Below the pieces are notes generated by a model, which was not told the origin of the DNA, made no database searches, and saw nothing but the letters and a program-made list of their open reading frames with translations. Source: Candidatus Krumholzibacteriia bacterium (lineage in GTDB: Bacteria > Krumholzibacteriota > Krumholzibacteriia > WVZY01 > JAKEHA01). Taken from it: 64,000 nucleotides of DNA. Positions within the stretch are counted from its first letter, which is position 1. Each line of letters starts with the position of its first letter. Positions 59,834 through 64,000 of this stretch are shown in pieces. Where the stretch lies: NCBI GenBank assembly GCA_029865265.1, contig JAOUHG010000017.1, positions 1 to 64,000 of the forward strand. The letters are read 5' to 3'. The position numbers and the translations under genes are program-made.

Positions 59834-60811
59834 ATGCTGCAATACACGCTGCGGCGCCTCCTGTACCTTGTCCCCACGCTGATCGGCATCACGATCGTCA
59901 CGTTCGTCGTGATCAACCTGGCACCGGGCGATCCGGTGGAGTTGATCAATCGCGGGCAGATGGACGCACGCGTCTCCCCGCAGGCCTATCAGAACATGCT
60001 CCACCTGTACGGGCTCGACGACCCCATCCACGTCCGCTACGCCACCTGGCTCAAGCGTCTGATGACCCTGGATTTCGGCAACTCGTTCCTGGATCACCGG
60101 CCCGTCATGGAGAAGATTGCGGAACGGTTGCCGGCCACCCTGATTCTGAACATCACCTCGCTGGTGGCGGCGCTGATGCTCTCGGTGCCGCTGGGGTTGT
60201 ACGCGGCAATGCGACAGAACTCGACCTTCGACAAGGTCGGCGGCGCCACACTGTACTTTCTGTATTCACTGCCCGAGTTCTGGGTGGCGCTGCTGCTCAT
60301 CATGCTGTTCGGTGTCAAGCTGCGCCTGCTTCCCTTCCACGGCATGGAATCCATGGACGCGCACAACCTGGGCTTCTTCGCCTACGGGTGGGACCGCTTT
60401 CTGCACATGCTCCTGCCGGTCACCTGCCTCACCTATGGTTCGCTCGCGTATCTCTCGCGCTTCGTGCGCGGTTCGTCGCTGGAAGTCATCCGCCAGGACT
60501 ACATCCGCACGGCGCGCGCCAAGGGGCTGGGCGAAAAACAGATCGTGTACCGGCACGTCTTCCGCAACACGCTGATCCCGGTGCTCACCCTGCTGGGTCT
60601 GCTGCTCCCCACGCTCATCAGCGGCAGCATCATCCTGGAGTCGATCTTCTCGTGGCCGGGTGTGGGCGAGCTCTTCTTCACGTCGGTGCGCGCGCGCGAC
60701 TACCCGGTGGTGATGGGGTTGAGCTTCATTACGGCGGTGCTGGTTCTGATCAGCACGCTGGTTGCGGACCTGCTGTACGCGTGGGCCGACCCACGGGTGA
60801 CCTACCGATGA
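59834..60811 (+). CDS. ABC transporter permease (DppB/OppB-like)
   Basis: MLQYTLRRLLYLVPTLIGITIVTFVVINLAPGDP is the canonical start. EAA-type loop (DYIRTARAKGL). Confidence 0.9.
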   Translation: MLQYTLRRLLYLVPTLIGITIVTFVVINLAPGDPVELINRGQMDARVSPQAYQNMLHLYGLDDPIHVRYATWLKRLMTLDFGNSFLDHRPVMEKIAERLPATLILNITSLVAALMLSVPLGLYAAMRQNSTFDKVGGATLYFLYSLPEFWVALLLIMLFGVKLRLLPFHGMESMDAHNLGFFAYGWDRFLHMLLPVTCLTYGSLAYLSRFVRGSSLEVIRQDYIRTARAKGLGEKQIVYRHVFRNTLIPVLTLLGLLLPTLISGSIILESIFSWPGVGELFFTSVRARDYPVVMGLSFITAVLVLISTLVADLLYAWADPRVTYR

Positions 60812-61890
60812 GCAACGGCGCCACCATCCAGACACCGCCGCCCGGCGGCGTCCCCGAGGCACTGGCCCGCAAGAGCCCCGGCTTTGCGCGCATCGTCTGG
60901 CGGCGGCTGCGCGCGGACCGCTTCGCCATGGCGGGTCTCATCGTGATCGGCTTCTTCTTTCTTGTGTCGTGGTTTGCGCCGGTGATCGCGAACAACCGTC
61001 CCATCATCATGCGCTGGAACGAGCGGATACTCTTCCCCGCGGTGGCCCAGATGTTCCCCCTCCGCTTCGTCATGAAGTACCCGGAGCTGACCAGTGTCGA
61101 GTTCGACGCCATCAAGCACGACGCATCGGTTGGGCTGGTGATGCCGCCGGTCAAGTATTCGCCCATCGCCACCTCGCTCGACCATCGCCTGTTGCCGCCG
61201 GATCACAACCACCCGCTGGGAACCGACGAGCTGGGGCGCGACGTCCTCGCGCGCATGGTGCATGGAACCACGATCTCGCTGAAGGTGGGGCTGGTGGCGG
61301 TGGGAATCTCGCTGGTCATCGGACTGCTGGTGGGAGCGCTGGCGGGCTACTACGGGGGGCTGGCTGACATCCTGCTGTCGCGGCTCATCGAAATCGTGAT
61401 CTGCTTTCCCTTCCTGTTCCTGATCCTGGCGGTCATCGCGTTCCTGCCGCCCAACATCTATAACGTGATGATCGTAATCGGCATCACGCGCTGGACGGAC
61501 ATCGCGCGCTACACGCGGGCCGAGTTCGTGCGCTTGAAGAACCGGGAGTTCACCGAGGCGGCGCGCGCGCTGGGCGCCAGCGACGGCAAGATCATCCTGC
61601 GCCACATCCTCCCCAATTCACTCGCGCCCGTGCTGGTGACGGCGACCTTCAGCATCGCCAGCGCCATCCTCATCGAGGCCGCGCTCAGTTTTCTCGGCCT
61701 GGGCACGCAGCCGCCCACACCCAGCTGGGGCGGACTGCTGGCCAGTGCGCGGGAACAGGATTTTGCGTGGTGGCTGACCACCTACCCCGGCATCGCCATC
61801 TTTCTCAGTGTTACCGCGTATAACCTGCTCGGAGAGGGCCTGCGCGACGCGAGCGATCCGCGCGCCGCGATCGGCGTTTCCCTGCGCTGA
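60808..61890 (+). CDS. ABC transporter permease (DppC/OppC-like)
   Basis: ATGA overlap with the upstream stop. N-terminal TM then a binding-protein-dependent permease core (TEAARALGASDGKIILRHILPNSLAPVLV). Confidence 0.85.
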   Translation: MSNGATIQTPPPGGVPEALARKSPGFARIVWRRLRADRFAMAGLIVIGFFFLVSWFAPVIANNRPIIMRWNERILFPAVAQMFPLRFVMKYPELTSVEFDAIKHDASVGLVMPPVKYSPIATSLDHRLLPPDHNHPLGTDELGRDVLARMVHGTTISLKVGLVAVGISLVIGLLVGALAGYYGGLADILLSRLIEIVICFPFLFLILAVIAFLPPNIYNVMIVIGITRWTDIARYTRAEFVRLKNREFTEAARALGASDGKIILRHILPNSLAPVLVTATFSIASAILIEAALSFLGLGTQPPTPSWGGLLASAREQDFAWWLTTYPGIAIFLSVTAYNLLGEGLRDASDPRAAIGVSLR

Positions 61891-62770
61891 CCGGCGCGGG
61901 CTGGCAGCGCGGGCACAGATGCGTTCCCCGCTGCGACACCTCGATGCGCTCGATCACCGTGCGGCAGCGCCGGCACGCTTTTCCCTCGCGTCCGTACACC
62001 GACAGACGCAGTTGGAACGCCCCGCTGGATCCGTCCGGGCGGCGGTAGTCGCGGATGGTGGTACCGCTGGCAGCGATGGCGCGTTCCAGGATGACGCGGG
62101 CGGCACGCAGCAACCGCGCGGCCTGCGCAACGGCGGCGTCTCCCGGCGTCAGCGGGTGGATGCGGGTCGCAAACAGCAGTTCGTCCACGTAGATGTTGCC
62201 CAGCCCGGAGACGATGCGCTGGTCGAGCAGCAGCGCCTTGAGCGGCGCCCGGCGCCCGGAGAGCCGCCGGGCCAGCTCGCGCGGCCGCATGGCGAAGGGA
62301 TCGGGGCCAAAGTCGAACGACGCTGCCACCGCCGCACCGTCCCCCACGAAGAAGTAACCGAAGCGCCGCGGATCGACGTAGCGCAGTTCGCTCCCGTCGG
62401 CAAAGAGAATGCGTGCGTGGAGGTGCGCCTCGCGCGGCACCTGCCGCGCGTCGGCCGCGAACAGGAGCTTTCCGGTCATGCCGAGATGCACAACCAGGAA
62501 CAGCTCACGGGTCCTGTCGTCGATCACCCCGCCGCCTGACGCGGCGGGGGCCCCATCGACGACACCCGCTCGCCCTGCCTGCAAGCGCATCATGATGGCC
62601 TTGCCGAAGCGCTCCACGCCCTCGATGCGCGCGCCCGCCAGCGTCCCCACGCGGAGGCTGCCGCGCCGGTACAGGTCCGGCGCGGTGAGCCGGGCGCGCA
62701 CGACGGTCCGCCCCGGCAGCACCGGGGCCAGCTCGCGCACGACGGTTTCGACTTCGGGCAGTTCAGGCAT
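61811..62770 (-). CDS. mutM: formamidopyrimidine-DNA glycosylase
   Basis: MPELPEVETV N-terminal catalytic Pro/Glu. H2TH. C4 zinc finger CRRCRTVIERIEVSQRGTHLCPRCQ. A basic C-terminal extension of ~30 aa overlaps the convergent permease gene. Confidence 0.85.
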   Translation of the reverse strand: MPELPEVETVVRELAPVLPGRTVVRARLTAPDLYRRGSLRVGTLAGARIEGVERFGKAIMMRLQAGRAGVVDGAPAASGGGVIDDRTRELFLVVHLGMTGKLLFAADARQVPREAHLHARILFADGSELRYVDPRRFGYFFVGDGAAVAASFDFGPDPFAMRPRELARRLSGRRAPLKALLLDQRIVSGLGNIYVDELLFATRIHPLTPGDAAVAQAARLLRAARVILERAIAASGTTIRDYRRPDGSSGAFQLRLSVYGREGKACRRCRTVIERIEVSQRGTHLCPRCQPAPVSAGKRRSRRADRSRRAGPLRAGYTR

Positions 62771-62838
62771 GGGTGACAGGACCTCCGAATGTGTGTAGAA
62801 TAGCCGATCCGGGCCCCGAGTCCTACGGCCCAGGCCGC

Positions 62839-64000
62839 ATGAAAAAATCGATCCAGCAGATTCTCTTCGACGAGGTGCTTCCGCGCGTCCAGAAGCCCGG
62901 CCAGTACGCCGGCGGCGAGCGCAACATCATCGTCAAGGACCACGCATCCGTGGACCTCAAGGTCGCGCTGGCCTTCCCCGACACCTACGCCATCGGCATG
63001 TCCCACCTGGGACTGCGCATCCTCTACCAGCTCATCAACGACCGCGAGGACGCCTGCGCCGAGCGCGTGTTCGCGCCCTGGATCGACATGGAGGACGAGT
63101 TGCGCCGGCGCGAACTGCCCCTGGTGACCCTGGAGACCTTCACGCCGCTGGACCGCTTCGACGTGATCGGCTTCTCCATGCAGTACGAGCTGGGCTTCAC
63201 CAACCTGCTCAACATGCTGGAGATGTCTCGCATCCCGGTCCTGACCGCGGACCGCGGCATCAACGACCCGGTGATCCTCGGGGGCGGCTCCATCACCCTG
63301 GCCATGGAGCCGGTGGCACCGTTCTTCGACGCCATCCTGGTGGGCGACGCCGAAGACGTCATCCACAAGGCGCTCGACATCATCAAGGCGTGGCGCAGGA
63401 GCGGCCGCCCGCGCGCCGAGCTGCACCGCGACCTGTGCGCCATCCCCGGCATGTACGTCCCCTCCCACTACGAGGTGGACTACCACCCCGACGGCACCAT
63501 CGCGGAGATACGCAACCTCGCGCCAGCGCCGTCCAGCATTCCCAAGACCACGGTGTGGGACCTCGAGAACGCGACCTTTCCGGTGCGGCCGGTGATTCCC
63601 AACGTGGAAGTCATCCACGACCGTATCAACATCGAGATCATGCGCGGTTGCCCCAACCAGTGCCGCTTCTGCCAGGCGGTGCAGCACTACCGCCCGCTCA
63701 AGATGCGCACCATCGAGACCGTGCTGGCGCTGGCCGAGCAGTCGTACCGCGAGACCGGCTACGACGAGATCAGCCTCACCAGCCTGTCCACGGCGGACTA
63801 TCCCGGCATCGTGGACCTGCTGACCGCCATCTCGGATCGTTTCCGCTCGCGCCGCGTCAACGTGTCGCTGCCGTCCCTGCGCGTTGGGCCCGAGCTCAAG
63901 AGACTCCCCGGCCTCACCAGCACCGTGCGCAAGTCGGGGCTGACCATGGCGCCGGAGGTGGCCACCGACCGGCTGCGCGAGGTCATCCGCAAGCCCATCA
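62839..64000 (+). CDS. B12-binding-domain-containing radical SAM protein (TIGR03960-like), 5' fragment; the gene continues past the window end
   Basis: MKKSIQQILFDEVLPRVQKPGQYAGGERN... then the radical-SAM cluster IMRGCPNQCRFCQ. No stop before the window end. Confidence 0.75.
   Translation, partial: MKKSIQQILFDEVLPRVQKPGQYAGGERNIIVKDHASVDLKVALAFPDTYAIGMSHLGLRILYQLINDREDACAERVFAPWIDMEDELRRRELPLVTLETFTPLDRFDVIGFSMQYELGFTNLLNMLEMSRIPVLTADRGINDPVILGGGSITLAMEPVAPFFDAILVGDAEDVIHKALDIIKAWRRSGRPRAELHRDLCAIPGMYVPSHYEVDYHPDGTIAEIRNLAPAPSSIPKTTVWDLENATFPVRPVIPNVEVIHDRINIEIMRGCPNQCRFCQAVQHYRPLKMRTIETVLALAEQSYRETGYDEISLTSLSTADYPGIVDLLTAISDRFRSRRVNVSLPSLRVGPELKRLPGLTSTVRKSGLTMAPEVATDRLREVIRKPI

Overview
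This window is high-GC (about 68%) bacterial chromosome from a Gram-negative-type organism: OmpA and Omp85-type domains, lipoproteins, and frequent GTG/TTG starts. Read 5' to 3' it holds a pckA fragment, then a four-gene minus-strand operon of giant secreted β-sandwich-repeat (DUF11/CARDB-like) proteins divergently paired with a σ54-type two-component system. Next come an M1 metallopeptidase fused to a C-terminal Omp85-like β-barrel, an envelope-glycan cluster (DegT aminotransferase, GT-C and GT2 transferases, rfbD), gpmI, a second M1 peptidase with HEAT repeats, and a complete F1Fo ATP synthase operon (atpZ-I-B-E-F-H-A-G-D-C). After that there is an orphan GAF-PAS histidine kinase, a GT-C/TPR protein, Ppx/GppA, and an eight-gene operon in which arcABC sits between the ATPase and the two permeases of an ABC-2 transporter and is followed by an M28 peptidase. 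The right end carries a patatin, a DUF4136 lipoprotein, a DASS transporter, DNA glycosylases (HhH-GPD, mutM), a LeuA-like synthase, a Dpp/Opp-like ABC importer and a radical-SAM fragment. The strongest candidates for undescribed biology are the σ54-associated DUF11 giant-protein operon and the M1-peptidase/Omp85-barrel fusion, which looks like a type Vd autotransporter with a peptidase passenger. Many long ORFs in the six-frame track are antisense shadows of real genes, as expected at this GC content. My hand-indexed coordinates for motifs may be off by ±1 nt relative to the ORF track.
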